Notes: generated by a model not told the origin, from the letters alone. DNA of 45,155 nucleotides from Clostridiales bacterium (GCA_013824375.1 PNNR01000048.1:1-45155), one strand, 5' to 3'; numbered from the stretch's first letter, positions 25,609 to 34,220 are shown. Translations and numbers: made by a program.

Positions 25609-25724
25609 AGAACTATCCTGCGGCGGTTGTTTATTGGAAGAATATCGCTTTTTAGCGGTGTTTTGACCGCTTGGCAGGAGACAAGATTGAGTGAAACAGC
25701 AATCCGAAAGGACTGTGACGAAAA

Positions 25725-26225
25725 ATGGACGAAACTCTGACACACGTGAACGAGCGCGGAGAAGCGCACATGGTGGACGTCTCCGAAAAAGACGTGACCC
25801 ACCGCGAGGCGATCGCGGAGAGCTTTGTCGTGATGAAGCCGGAGACGCTGCAGCTCATCCAGAGCGGCGCTTCGGCAAAGGGAGACGTGTTCTCCACCGC
25901 GAGAATCGCAGGCATCCTCGCCGCCAAACGCACAAGCGAGTTGATCCCGCTATGCCATCCCATCGCGCTGACTTCGGTGAAGGTAGACCTGGTCGCCTGC
26001 CCGCCTGATCGCGTACACATCATCGCCGAAGTACGCTGCGACGAGAAGACGGGAGTAGAGATGGAGGCACTGACCGCGGCAAGCGTCGCGGCGCTGACCA
26101 TCTACGACATGTGCAAGGCGGTTGACCGCGGCATGGAGATCACGACCACGCGCCTGCTCAAAAAGAGCGGCGGCAAGAGTGGATTGTTTGAACGCGAGGC
26201 GGGCGCATGCGAACCCATCGCCTGA
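25725..26225 (+). CDS. moaC: Cyclic pyranopterin monophosphate synthase
   Basis: [25 protein letters not shown]...[28 protein letters not shown]...[24 protein letters not shown]. Confidence 0.94.
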   Translation: MDETLTHVNERGEAHMVDVSEKDVTHREAIAESFVVMKPETLQLIQSGASAKGDVFSTARIAGILAAKRTSELIPLCHPIALTSVKVDLVACPPDRVHIIAEVRCDEKTGVEMEALTAASVAALTIYDMCKAVDRGMEITTTRLLKKSGGKSGLFEREAGACEPIA

Positions 26226-26623
26226 CGCGCGCGCCAAAAGATGCACCGCGGGAAACGGTAGACACACTGACGCTGGACGAACACCTCGGCGCCGTCGGCG
26301 ACCACAAGAGCGAGAAAGACGGCTCGGTGAGCCTGCTCAGCCGCGAGGCAGAGGAGCGGATACGCGACCTCGGCGGTCTTTGCACCGCAAAATTCGCGGC
26401 AAATATCGTTTCGGAGGGTGTTGACTACTCGGAGTTGCGGGTTGGAACACGCATAACCATCGGAACCTGCGAACTGATCATCACCCGCGTCGGCAAACCC
26501 TGCTACGAGGCCTGCACTCTTGCGCAAACCGGAAAAACGTGCCTGCTCCCGCAGAACTGCGCCTTTGCGCGGGTCGCGTGCGGCGGTGAAATTAAAAAAC
26601 ACGACGAAATCACGATGGATTAG
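26207..26623 (+). CDS. Small MOSC-domain protein (YuaD-like), copy 1
   Basis: 138 aa; GDH...SLLS...F..NI..EG...G.C-x10-C-x3-C-x8-C...F.RV; overlaps the moaC stop by 19 nt; paralogous to 27673..28107. Confidence 0.75.
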   Translation: MRTHRLTRAPKDAPRETVDTLTLDEHLGAVGDHKSEKDGSVSLLSREAEERIRDLGGLCTAKFAANIVSEGVDYSELRVGTRITIGTCELIITRVGKPCYEACTLAQTGKTCLLPQNCAFARVACGGEIKKHDEITMD

Positions 26624-26661
26624 ATACAATATCAACAATTCAATCAGAGATTGGAATCAGC

Positions 26662-27612
26662 ATGAACGATCGCTTCGGACGCACAATCACATACCTTCGC
26701 CTCTCGCTGACGGAACGCTGCACACTCAAGTGCGCCTATTGCCGCGCGCAGGATGGCGACTGCCCGAAGAAGAGCGAACTCACGCTGGACGAGTTTTTGC
26801 GCATCACGCGCGCGTTTGCACAGATCGGCGTAAAGAAAGTGCGCCTGACAGGCGGCGAACCCATGCTGCGGCGGGATCTGCTCCAGATTATCTCTGGCAT
26901 CCGCGCGATTCCGCAGATTCAGGAGATCACAATGACCACCAACGGGCAGCATCTGCCGGGAATGAGTCCCGCGCTGCGCGCGGCGGGATTGGACCGCCTG
27001 AACATCAGCGTGGATTCCCTCAAGCCCGAGAAGTTTGCTAAAATCACGGGCGGCGGGTCGCTCAACCTCGTGCTGACCGGAATCGAAGAGGCGTTTGCGG
27101 CGGGATTCCCCTTGGTAAAGCTCAATGTCGTGCTCCTGCGCGGCGTGAACGACGACGAGACGGACGATTTTATCGCGCTGACACGCGATCGCAACATTCA
27201 GGTGCGCTTCATCGAATATATGCCGCTGGGTGAAACCGACCGCGCGGAAAGCCGCGTCACCGGCGCGGAATTGCTGCAAAAGCATCCGGAACTTGTAGAG
27301 ATTGCGCCTTCCTACAAAGGCCAGCCTGCGCGGGATTATCAGATGCCGGGCTATGTGGGCAAAGTCGGCCTGATCGACCCGATGTCGCACCGCTTTTGCG
27401 CGGACTGCAACCGCGTGCGCGTGATGAGCGACGGCATGCTGCGCCCCTGCCTCGGATACAATCAGGAGTTCTCGCTCAAAGAGGCGCTGGATCAGGAAGA
27501 CGATGGCGCACTGATCGCGGCGCTCCAAATAGCCATCGTACAAAAACCGCAAACGCATTGTTTTACAGAAGAGTTTTCGGCGCAGAAAACGATGAGCCGC
27601 ATCGGCGGTTAA
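26662..27612 (+). CDS. moaA: GTP 3',8-cyclase (radical SAM)
   Basis: YLRLSLTERCTLKCAYCR radical-SAM cluster, LTGGEPMLR, C-terminal CADCNRVRVMSDGMLRPCL second cluster. Confidence 0.94.
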   Translation: MNDRFGRTITYLRLSLTERCTLKCAYCRAQDGDCPKKSELTLDEFLRITRAFAQIGVKKVRLTGGEPMLRRDLLQIISGIRAIPQIQEITMTTNGQHLPGMSPALRAAGLDRLNISVDSLKPEKFAKITGGGSLNLVLTGIEEAFAAGFPLVKLNVVLLRGVNDDETDDFIALTRDRNIQVRFIEYMPLGETDRAESRVTGAELLQKHPELVEIAPSYKGQPARDYQMPGYVGKVGLIDPMSHRFCADCNRVRVMSDGMLRPCLGYNQEFSLKEALDQEDDGALIAALQIAIVQKPQTHCFTEEFSAQKTMSRIGG

Positions 27613-27672
27613 ACAATAGAATTACCATTCGTGGTAGACACATAGAAATCAACGAGCAATTAGGAGAAGCAC

Positions 27673-28107
27673 GTGGCGAAGATCACATCCATCAACATTA
27701 GCCTCAAGAAGGGCACGTTCAAACAGCCCGTGGAGCGCGCGGAACTGCGCATGGATCACGGAATCGTGGGCGACGCGCACGCGGGCAATTGGCACCGGCA
27801 GATCAGCCTGCTTGCGCAGGAGAGCATCGACAAGATGACCGCGCTGGGATTGGACGACCTCACGCCCGGCAAATTCGCCGAGAATATTACCACAGAGGGT
27901 ATCAATCTCTATACCCTGCCCGTGGGCACGATCCTGCGCCTCGGCAGCTGCCGCGCGGAGGTCACGCAGATTGGAAAACAGTGCCATCAGCACTGCGAGA
28001 TCTACAAAAAAGTCGGTCAGTGCATCATGCCGCACGAGGGAATCTTTGTGCGCGTGCTCACCCCGGGCGAGATCGCCGTCGGCGACGAAGTTTCTGTCGA
28101 GGAATAA
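27673..28107 (+). CDS. Small MOSC-domain protein (YuaD-like), copy 2
   Basis: GTG start 5 nt after AGGAGA; HGIVGDAHAG...QISLLA...FAENITTEG...LGSC-x10-C-x3-C-x8-C..MPHEGIFVRV. Confidence 0.8.
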   Translation: MAKITSINISLKKGTFKQPVERAELRMDHGIVGDAHAGNWHRQISLLAQESIDKMTALGLDDLTPGKFAENITTEGINLYTLPVGTILRLGSCRAEVTQIGKQCHQHCEIYKKVGQCIMPHEGIFVRVLTPGEIAVGDEVSVEE

Positions 28108-28122
28108 AGTGTCTGTATGTTT

Positions 28123-28145
28123 GCGGGCGGAGCCCGCTTTTTTTC
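28123..28145 (+). terminator. Rho-independent terminator
   Basis: GCGGGC-GGA-GCCCGC stem followed by a T7 run. Confidence 0.75.
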
Positions 28146-28224
28146 ATCTGATTTGTTCAAATTTGAGGATCGGAGGATGTACCAGTATTCTTGAAAAACA
28201 TACGTGAAAATACGATCGCAAGCG

Positions 28225-28253
28225 TTGTTTTTAAGAAAGAATAATGGTATGAT
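28225..28253 (+). promoter_or_regulatory. Sigma-A type promoter placed for a leaderless transcript of the next gene
   Basis: TTGTTT (28225-28230), 17-nt spacer ending in TGG, TATGAT (28248-28253); only 6 nt separate the -10 from ATG 28260 and there is no SD. Confidence 0.5.
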
Positions 28254-28259
28254 TCGCGT

Positions 28260-29285
28260 ATGAAGCTCATCGACACCAAAGATGCCGAAGGACACGTGCT
28301 TTGCCATGACCTGACACGCATCGTCCCCGGCGAAAGCAAGGACGCACAGTTTAAAAAAGGGCATGTTGTCGCCGAGAACGACATCCCCATGCTGCTTTCG
28401 ATGGGGAAAGACCACCTCTACGTCTGGGAAGTGGACGAAAACACGCTGCACGAAAACGAGGCGGCGGACTTGCTCGCGGCCCTTTGCGAAAGCGCGCATA
28501 TGCGCCGCGGCGAGGTCAAGGAGGGCAAGATTGAGCTCTTTGCCACCGAAGACGGCGTGTTTACGGTGGATGTTCCGCGCCTCGACGCGCTCAACGATCT
28601 GCCGGATATCATGGTCGCCACGCGGCACACCAACAGCGCGGTCAAAGCCGGCGACAAGCTCGGCGGTACGCGGATTATTCCGCTGTTGATCGACCGCAAG
28701 CGCATCGAAGAAGCGCAGGCGCTTGTGGGAAACGAACCGCTGATGAAGCTAACCCCCTTACGCAAAGGACTCAAAGCGGGCATCGTCGTCACCGGAAACG
28801 AAGTGTTCCACGGACGCATAACGGATAAGTTTACGCCCGTCGTGGAGCGGAAGCTCGCCGCGTTCGGCGTGCCGCTGACCGAGCGGCGCGTGAGCGACGA
28901 CAATCAGGAGCATATCATCGCCGCGATCAACGAAGTGCGTGCCGCGGGCGTGGACATCGTTCTCTGCACGGGCGGCATGAGCGTCGATCCCGACGATCGC
29001 ACGCCCGCCGCGATCCGCGACAGCGGCGCGGAGATTATCACCTACGGCGCGCCTGTGCTGCCGGGTGCGATGTTCCTGCTCGGCTATTATGCGGACGGCA
29101 CGCCCGTGATGGGGCTGCCCGGTTGCGTGATGTATTCGCGCGCGTCGATTTTCGACATCGTGCTGCCTCGTGTCGTCGCGGGGATGCGGATTGCGCGCCG
29201 CGATCTGACGCGCCTCGGCAACGGCGGACTGTGTTTGCAGTGCGACGTTTGCACCTATCCCAACTGCGGATTCGGCAAGGAGTAA
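28260..29285 (+). CDS. MoeA-like molybdopterin-binding-domain protein with a C-terminal Cys-rich tail
   Basis: 341 aa. N-terminus AEGHVLCHDLT..IVPG...FKKGHVV resembles MoeA domain I. MoCF-type core is IVVTGNEV...LCTGGMSVDPDDRT...LPGAMFLLGY...GLPG. C-terminus is GGLCLQCDVCTYPNCGFG (C-x2-C-x2-C-x4-C). Confidence 0.75.
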   Translation: MKLIDTKDAEGHVLCHDLTRIVPGESKDAQFKKGHVVAENDIPMLLSMGKDHLYVWEVDENTLHENEAADLLAALCESAHMRRGEVKEGKIELFATEDGVFTVDVPRLDALNDLPDIMVATRHTNSAVKAGDKLGGTRIIPLLIDRKRIEEAQALVGNEPLMKLTPLRKGLKAGIVVTGNEVFHGRITDKFTPVVERKLAAFGVPLTERRVSDDNQEHIIAAINEVRAAGVDIVLCTGGMSVDPDDRTPAAIRDSGAEIITYGAPVLPGAMFLLGYYADGTPVMGLPGCVMYSRASIFDIVLPRVVAGMRIARRDLTRLGNGGLCLQCDVCTYPNCGFGKE

Positions 29286-29399
29286 CGGAACAGTCGAGAA
29301 ATTCCAGTTTTTTGTCGATTCTTCTATTCGGGGCTTTCTCAGGTGTACCGCCGGCCTCACGTAACAAATCAAAAATGAAATCAAAGAGGATTTTGATAC

Positions 29400-30282
29400 A
29401 TGAAGGAATGGATCGCCCTGTTTTGCGCCATCCTGCTGACGGTGATGATTGGCGCATGCACGGCTCCCGCCGCACCCACCGCCACCGAAGCCCCCGGCGT
29501 AACACAGGAACCCGTCGCAGCCACGCTGGAAGCGGCGGACGTTCAGCTTTTTATCGCGGCGAGCCTCGAAGGCGCGTTCCAAGAGATTATTCCGCTCTAC
29601 AACATGACGCAGCCGAACGTGACGATCGTCTGCAGCGCGGACAGCTCCGGTACGCTGCTCACCCAGGTGCGGGAAGGCTTCGCGTGCGACATCTTCTTCT
29701 CCGCTGCGACGAGTCAGATTGATACGCTGGAAGAGGAAGGCTACATGATCGCGGGTTCGCGCGTAGACCTGCTGAGCAACAGGCTCGCGCTGATTACGCG
29801 CAAGGGCAGCGGCACGGCGGTCACCGGATATGCCGACCTCGCGAAGGCCAAGAGCATCGCGTTGGCGGACGGCAGCGCGCCCGCGGGCGTACACGCGTCA
29901 GCTGCTGATCAACCTCGGCGTGCTCGACGGCACGAAGGAAGCCAAGGATTATACCGCGGCGGATGTCTCGGCAGCGCTCGGCGGCGCGGAGATCAACGAG
30001 TGCGGCAACGTCGGAAAAGTCAGGGAAGCGGTCAAGGAAGGCTCCAACGATGTCGGCACCGTGTACTATTCGGATGCTTATTCCGTCAAGGACGATGTGG
30101 ACATCCTCGAAGTTGCGGATACCGCGCTCACGGGCGACATTCTCTATCCCGTCTGCCGCGTGAACAACGCGGAAGCCACGGCGGCGCAGAGTGCAGCCGC
30201 GGACGACTTCCTCGCGTTCCTCCAGACGGACGCGGTGAAAGCCATTTTCGAAAAGCACATGTTCATCATCAACCATAAATGA
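29400..30282 (+). pseudogene. modA: Molybdate ABC transporter substrate-binding lipoprotein, split by a frameshift at 29886-29892 (or a sequence error)
   Basis: Lipobox LTVMIGAC. The N-terminal part ...SIALADGSAPAG is in frame 29400 and the C-terminal part YTRQLLINLGVLDG...VGTVYYSDA...YPVCRV is in frame 29830; a single G (29889) lies between them. Confidence 0.88.
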
Positions 30283-30321
30283 TATCCGAACGTCGAAACA
30301 ACAGCCGGAAGGAGGCAGATC

Positions 30322-31026
30322 ATGCAGGAGATTTTAAACATTCTGAAAACCCTCGACTACAGCCCTCTCTGGATTTCGCTTCAGACCGGGTTGGTCGCGA
30401 CCGTGATCTGCTTCTTTCTCGGCATCTGGACCGCGCGGTGCGTGATGCGCATGGGCAAGCGTGCAAAAGCGTTTGTCGACGGCATCCTCACGCTCCCGAT
30501 GGTGCTGCCGCCGACGGTCGCGGGATTCTTCCTGCTGTTGATCTTCAGCCTGCGCCGCCCGATCGGTTCATTTTTGTACGACGAACTCTCCATCAAGGTG
30601 GTGCAGACGTGGCTCGGCTGCGTGCTCGCGGCGGGCGTGATCGCCTTTCCGCTGATGTACCGGAACGCGAGAGCAGCGTTTGAACAGGTGGATATCGAAC
30701 TGATCTATGCCGGGCGCACGCTTGGCATGAGCGAACGCGCGATCTTCTGGCGCGTGGTGCTGCCATCCGCGGGCCCCGGCGTAGTCAGCGGAACGATCCT
30801 CACGTTTGCGCGCGCGCTCGGCGAATACGGCGCCACCAGTATGCTCGCGGGGAACATTGCGGGCAAAACGGGCACGATCAGCCAGCGCATCGCGATGGTG
30901 ATTCAAAACGGCGATTACCTGACCGCCGGGCTGTGGGTTGCGATTATACTGTTGATCTCGTTCGGCATTGTGGTCGCGATGAACGTGTTCGCGGATTCCA
31001 AAATGCGCAACATCAAAAAATGGTAA
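30322..31026 (+). CDS. modB: Molybdate ABC transporter permease
   Basis: 234 aa, about 5 TM, EAA-type loop ELIYAGRTLGMSERAIFWRVVLPSAGPG; sits between modA and modC. Confidence 0.9.
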   Translation: MQEILNILKTLDYSPLWISLQTGLVATVICFFLGIWTARCVMRMGKRAKAFVDGILTLPMVLPPTVAGFFLLLIFSLRRPIGSFLYDELSIKVVQTWLGCVLAAGVIAFPLMYRNARAAFEQVDIELIYAGRTLGMSERAIFWRVVLPSAGPGVVSGTILTFARALGEYGATSMLAGNIAGKTGTISQRIAMVIQNGDYLTAGLWVAIILLISFGIVVAMNVFADSKMRNIKKW

Positions 31027-31061
31027 GCTGTCACAAGTTATTCGATTGATCCGAGGTGCCG

Positions 31062-32123
31062 ATGTCGCTTTCCGTCAACATCATCAAACGACTGCCGGGG
31101 TTCACACTGAAAGTCTCCCTGAATGCGGAGGCGGGCGTGACCGCGCTGTTGGGCGCTTCCGGCAGCGGAAAGAGCATGATGCTCCGGTGTATCGCGGGTG
31201 TGGAAAAGCCGGATGAGGGCAGCATCGTGCTCGACGGGCGCGTGCTCTATGATTCTAAAGCGAAGATCGACCTGCCGCCGCAGGCGCGCAAGGTCGGCTA
31301 TCTGTTTCAGCGGTTCGCGCTGTTTCCTAACATGACCGTGCTGCAAAACATCGATGCGGGGCTTTCACTTGAGCGGGACGCGCACACGCGCAAGACAAAA
31401 CGCGAAGGCTTCATCGCGCGCTTCCACCTGCAAGGGTTGGAGGATCGGCTCCCGCGCGAACTCTCTGGCGGGCAGATGCAGCGCGTCGCGCTCTGTCGCA
31501 TGCTGGCGGGCGAGCCGGAGGCGATTCTGCTCGACGAGCCGTTTGCCGCGCTGGACAGCCACCTCAGATGGCAGATGGAGGCGGAGGTAAAAGAGACGCT
31601 CGCGGGATTTCCCGGCGTGGCGCTGCTGGTCTCGCACGACCGCGGCGAGGTCTACCGCATGAGCAAAAGCGTTTGTGTGCTCAACGCGGGCAAATCCGAA
31701 CCGATGATCACGACACGCGAACTCTTCGACCAGCCGCGCACGCTCCAGACCGCGCTCATCACGGGCTGCAAGAACTGTGTGCCCGCCGAACGGCTTACAA
31801 CGGAAACCGTTTATGTCCCGCAATGGAACGCGAAGCTCGCCTGCGCGCCGGACGATTCGAGCGGCATTACACACGTTGGCATCCGCGCGCACGATATTGT
31901 GCCTTGCGAACCCGGCACGGAGAACGCGATTCTTTGCCGCGTGGTTGACGCAGCGGACGACGTGTTTTCCCGCGTGCTGACGCTGCTGCCCACGGGTGGA
32001 ACAGCAACGATCCGCGCGGAAGTCAGCAAAGCGGTTGGCAACACGTTGCAGACCGGCAGCGATGCGTGGTTCTGTCTGCCCAAAGAACACATCATGCTGC
32101 TGCGTGAAACGCACGAAGGCTAG
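31062..32123 (+). CDS. modC: Molybdate ABC transporter ATP-binding protein with a C-terminal TOBE/Mop-like domain
   Basis: Walker A GASGSGKS, signature LSGGQMQRVAL, Walker B ILLDEPF; ~120-aa C-terminal extension; GTG 31056 is an alternative start. Confidence 0.9.
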   Translation: MSLSVNIIKRLPGFTLKVSLNAEAGVTALLGASGSGKSMMLRCIAGVEKPDEGSIVLDGRVLYDSKAKIDLPPQARKVGYLFQRFALFPNMTVLQNIDAGLSLERDAHTRKTKREGFIARFHLQGLEDRLPRELSGGQMQRVALCRMLAGEPEAILLDEPFAALDSHLRWQMEAEVKETLAGFPGVALLVSHDRGEVYRMSKSVCVLNAGKSEPMITTRELFDQPRTLQTALITGCKNCVPAERLTTETVYVPQWNAKLACAPDDSSGITHVGIRAHDIVPCEPGTENAILCRVVDAADDVFSRVLTLLPTGGTATIRAEVSKAVGNTLQTGSDAWFCLPKEHIMLLRETHEG

Positions 32124-32186
32124 CCAAACGCTAACGTTGATTGCTATACTGTTGTTGCCGCGACGATGCGGCAGGAGGAGAGAACG

Positions 32187-32693
32187 ATGTTCAAGGCATC
32201 CGTCATCACCGTCAGCGACAAAGGCTCACGCGGCGAACGCGTTGATACCGCAGGCCCGCTCGCGGCAAGTATGCTCAAAGACGCGGGGTTTGAGATCATC
32301 GCGCAAACCTGTGTGCCGGACGAGCAGCCGCTGATCGAAGCGGAGTTGCGGCGGCACGCGGACGCGCTCGGATCAAATCTGATCCTGACCAGCGGCGGAA
32401 CGGGCTTTAGCAAGCGGGATGTCACACCCGAGGCGACCATCGCGGTCTGCGACCGTCTCGCGCCTGGAATTCCGGAGGCGATGCGCGCATACTGCCTCAA
32501 CATCACCAACCGCGCGATGCTCTCCCGTGCGCAGGCGGGGCTGTATCACGATTCGCTGATCGTCAACCTGCCAGGCAGCCCCAAGGCGGTGCGGGAGAAT
32601 CTGGAGCCGGTGCTACCCGCGCTGGAGCACGGGCTACATATGCTGCTCGGCACGAAGAACGAGTGCGCAAGCGAGCCCAAAGCGCATGTGTAA
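32187..32693 (+). CDS. mog: MogA/MoaB family molybdopterin adenylyltransferase
   Basis: ASVITVSDKGSRGERVDTAGP...LILTSGGTGFSKRDVTPEAT...PGIPEAMR...NLPGSPKA; ATG 32187 is 6 nt after AGGAGGAG. Confidence 0.88.
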   Translation: MFKASVITVSDKGSRGERVDTAGPLAASMLKDAGFEIIAQTCVPDEQPLIEAELRRHADALGSNLILTSGGTGFSKRDVTPEATIAVCDRLAPGIPEAMRAYCLNITNRAMLSRAQAGLYHDSLIVNLPGSPKAVRENLEPVLPALEHGLHMLLGTKNECASEPKAHV

Positions 32694-32725
32694 CATAGAT
32701 TTTCAAGAAAACAGACATTGAACGC

Positions 32726-32754
32726 AAAAAACGAGCGCCCTTGCGGGGCGCTCG
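32726..32754 (-). terminator. Rho-independent terminator of the minus-strand small membrane gene (may also stop mog read-through)
   Basis: CGAGCGCCC-TTGCG-GGGCGCTCG 9-bp stem; a T6 run follows it on the minus strand. Confidence 0.75.
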
Positions 32755-32777
32755 CTGTGGTTCTGGTGCTTGTTCTG

Positions 32778-33151
32778 TTATGCGCTCTGGGGGACGCCCA
32801 GATACTGGGACTGGTCAAACGCCAGAATACAGTAAAAGATGACGCTCAGGAAAATCAATCCGACCGCGAAGCCGCCGCTCTTGCCGAAGGCTTTGGCGAG
32901 CTTCACCATGGTGATGATTACAAACACATGTTCGCAATCGGGATCAGTAGCAAGAGAAATTTCCAACCGTTGCCCCAGGTGATCTTAAAGAGCACGTAGA
33001 GATTGTAAAACGGAATGATTGCGGCCCAACCGGGTTCGCCTGCTTTTACGAAGATCTTCCAAAGGGCGACGATTGCGAGGACGCTGACTGCAAGGCCTAC
33101 AAATGACGCGCCGGGACTTGCCTCATAGGAATAGTCAAAATTATAGTCCAT
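32778..33151 (-). pseudogene. Small DUF5684-like membrane protein, split by a 1-nt frameshift at ~32925-32932 (or a sequence error)
   Basis: Track ORFs 32918..33151 (...WKIFVKAGEPGWAAIIPFYNLYVLFKI...LLLLIPIAN) and 32778..32966 (VFVIITMVKLAKAFGKSGGFAVGLIFLSVIFYCILAF) read as one protein across a frame change. The family assignment is from memory. Confidence 0.65.
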
Positions 33152-33338
33152 TGTTGTAACTCCCTTCCATCTTTTCTTGGTAGTTTTTGTTCAGTTACAT
33201 AAACCACTTCGTGTGGTTTTGAAGTTAACTTGAGTATACCACTTCGGCTTGAAAAAGAAAGAGTGAACAGTGAGTTCATCACATTATTAATTGATAAATA
33301 GAAAATCAACCAAAGTATGAATAGTCAACATTTTTTAA

Positions 33339-33366
33339 TTGACAACATTAAAATTTTGCGTATGCT
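33339..33366 (+). promoter_or_regulatory. Sigma-A type promoter of the 6-TM gene
   Basis: TTGACA (33339-33344), 16-nt spacer, TATGCT (33361-33366); AGGAGG RBS at 33397-33402. Confidence 0.5.
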
Positions 33367-33408
33367 GAAGATAACCAGTCGTAACAAAATCACATCAGGA
33401 GGCAAGTC

Positions 33409-34050
33409 ATGTCCGCATATTCTCTCAGTGCGCTGGAGATTTTGAGAAATCCCGCGCTTACGCTCAAGTGGTACGTCGTACCTATGCTGCTGCTCGTCCT
33501 GTACATCTACAACAAGGAGATTTCCGCGAAAAACTGGAATGTCGTGCTTGGAGGAGCGGCTCTTTGGGGCATGGATCTTTTCAACGAGATTTGGAACAGC
33601 ATCGTCTTTCACGCGACAGGGTTCGCGCCCGTCTGGGGCACGCCGATGGGCGTTGGCGACACAGCGCTGCTGCTGTTGATCGGCTACAACATCGAGATTT
33701 CGTTCATGTTCGCGATGATGGGCATCGTCGCCTGTCTGACGCTGTCCAAAGACCCGAAGATGAAGATTTTCGGCATCAACAACCGCGTGTTCATGGCGGT
33801 GATCTACACCACGCTTGCTGTGGTCGTGGAGTGTTATCTCAACTACGCAGGGCTTCTGACATGGGAGTACCCGTGGTGGAGCCGCTCCTTCCCATATCTC
33901 GTCTGGCTGATTGGCTACCTGCCGTTCTTCACGATGGCGTTCGTCGTACACGACATGAAGAAGATGAAGAACAAGCTCATCACGCTCGGCATCATCTTCG
34001 GCGTGGATGTTTTTGCGCTGGTCGTATTCGGGTTGATTGGTTGGATGTAA
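33409..34050 (+). CDS. Integral membrane protein of unknown function (about 6 TM)
   Basis: 213 aa with six hydrophobic segments; strong RBS 6 nt upstream; followed by its own terminator; no motif I recognise. Confidence 0.7.
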   Translation: MSAYSLSALEILRNPALTLKWYVVPMLLLVLYIYNKEISAKNWNVVLGGAALWGMDLFNEIWNSIVFHATGFAPVWGTPMGVGDTALLLLIGYNIEISFMFAMMGIVACLTLSKDPKMKIFGINNRVFMAVIYTTLAVVVECYLNYAGLLTWEYPWWSRSFPYLVWLIGYLPFFTMAFVVHDMKKMKNKLITLGIIFGVDVFALVVFGLIGWM

Positions 34051-34067
34051 GAGTTTATATGCTGAAG

Positions 34068-34096
34068 AAAGCGCCTTTGATCGGGCGCTTTTTTGT
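34068..34096 (+). terminator. Rho-independent terminator
   Basis: AAAGCGCC-TTTGATCG-GGCGCTTT stem followed by a T-run. Confidence 0.75.
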
Positions 34097-34148
34097 TTCC
34101 TACATATTCGTTTCACTGTTTGTTGTGGTGCGGAAGGCCTTTAAAAAT

Positions 34149-34177
34149 TCGACAAGTCGGGCGGAGCATGTTACTAT
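34149..34177 (+). promoter_or_regulatory. Candidate promoter of the GT-A-like gene
   Basis: TCGACA (34149-34154), 17-nt spacer ending in TGT, TACTAT (34172-34177). Confidence 0.4.
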
Positions 34178-34220
34178 AGAAATATATTATAGTAAAATCT
34201 GGGAAAACAGGAGGGATTTC

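Noticed and set aside
25609-25724. Possible Moco riboswitch in the 110-nt moaC leader (contains CCGAAAGG and AAAGGAC)
   Set aside because: I could not find the conserved CUCCGAG-type junction or the multi-stem architecture I remember for the Moco RNA motif, and the leader is short. The same applies to the leaders of moeA (22210-22280) and modA (29286-29399). A covariance-model scan would settle it.
33468-34220. N-terminal 250 aa of the 664-aa track ORF 33468..35462
   Set aside because: This part overlaps the 6-TM gene out of frame and reads through that gene's terminator (34068-34096). It is Arg/His-rich nonsense typical of an off-frame translation. A strong RBS and ATG at 34221 give the real start.
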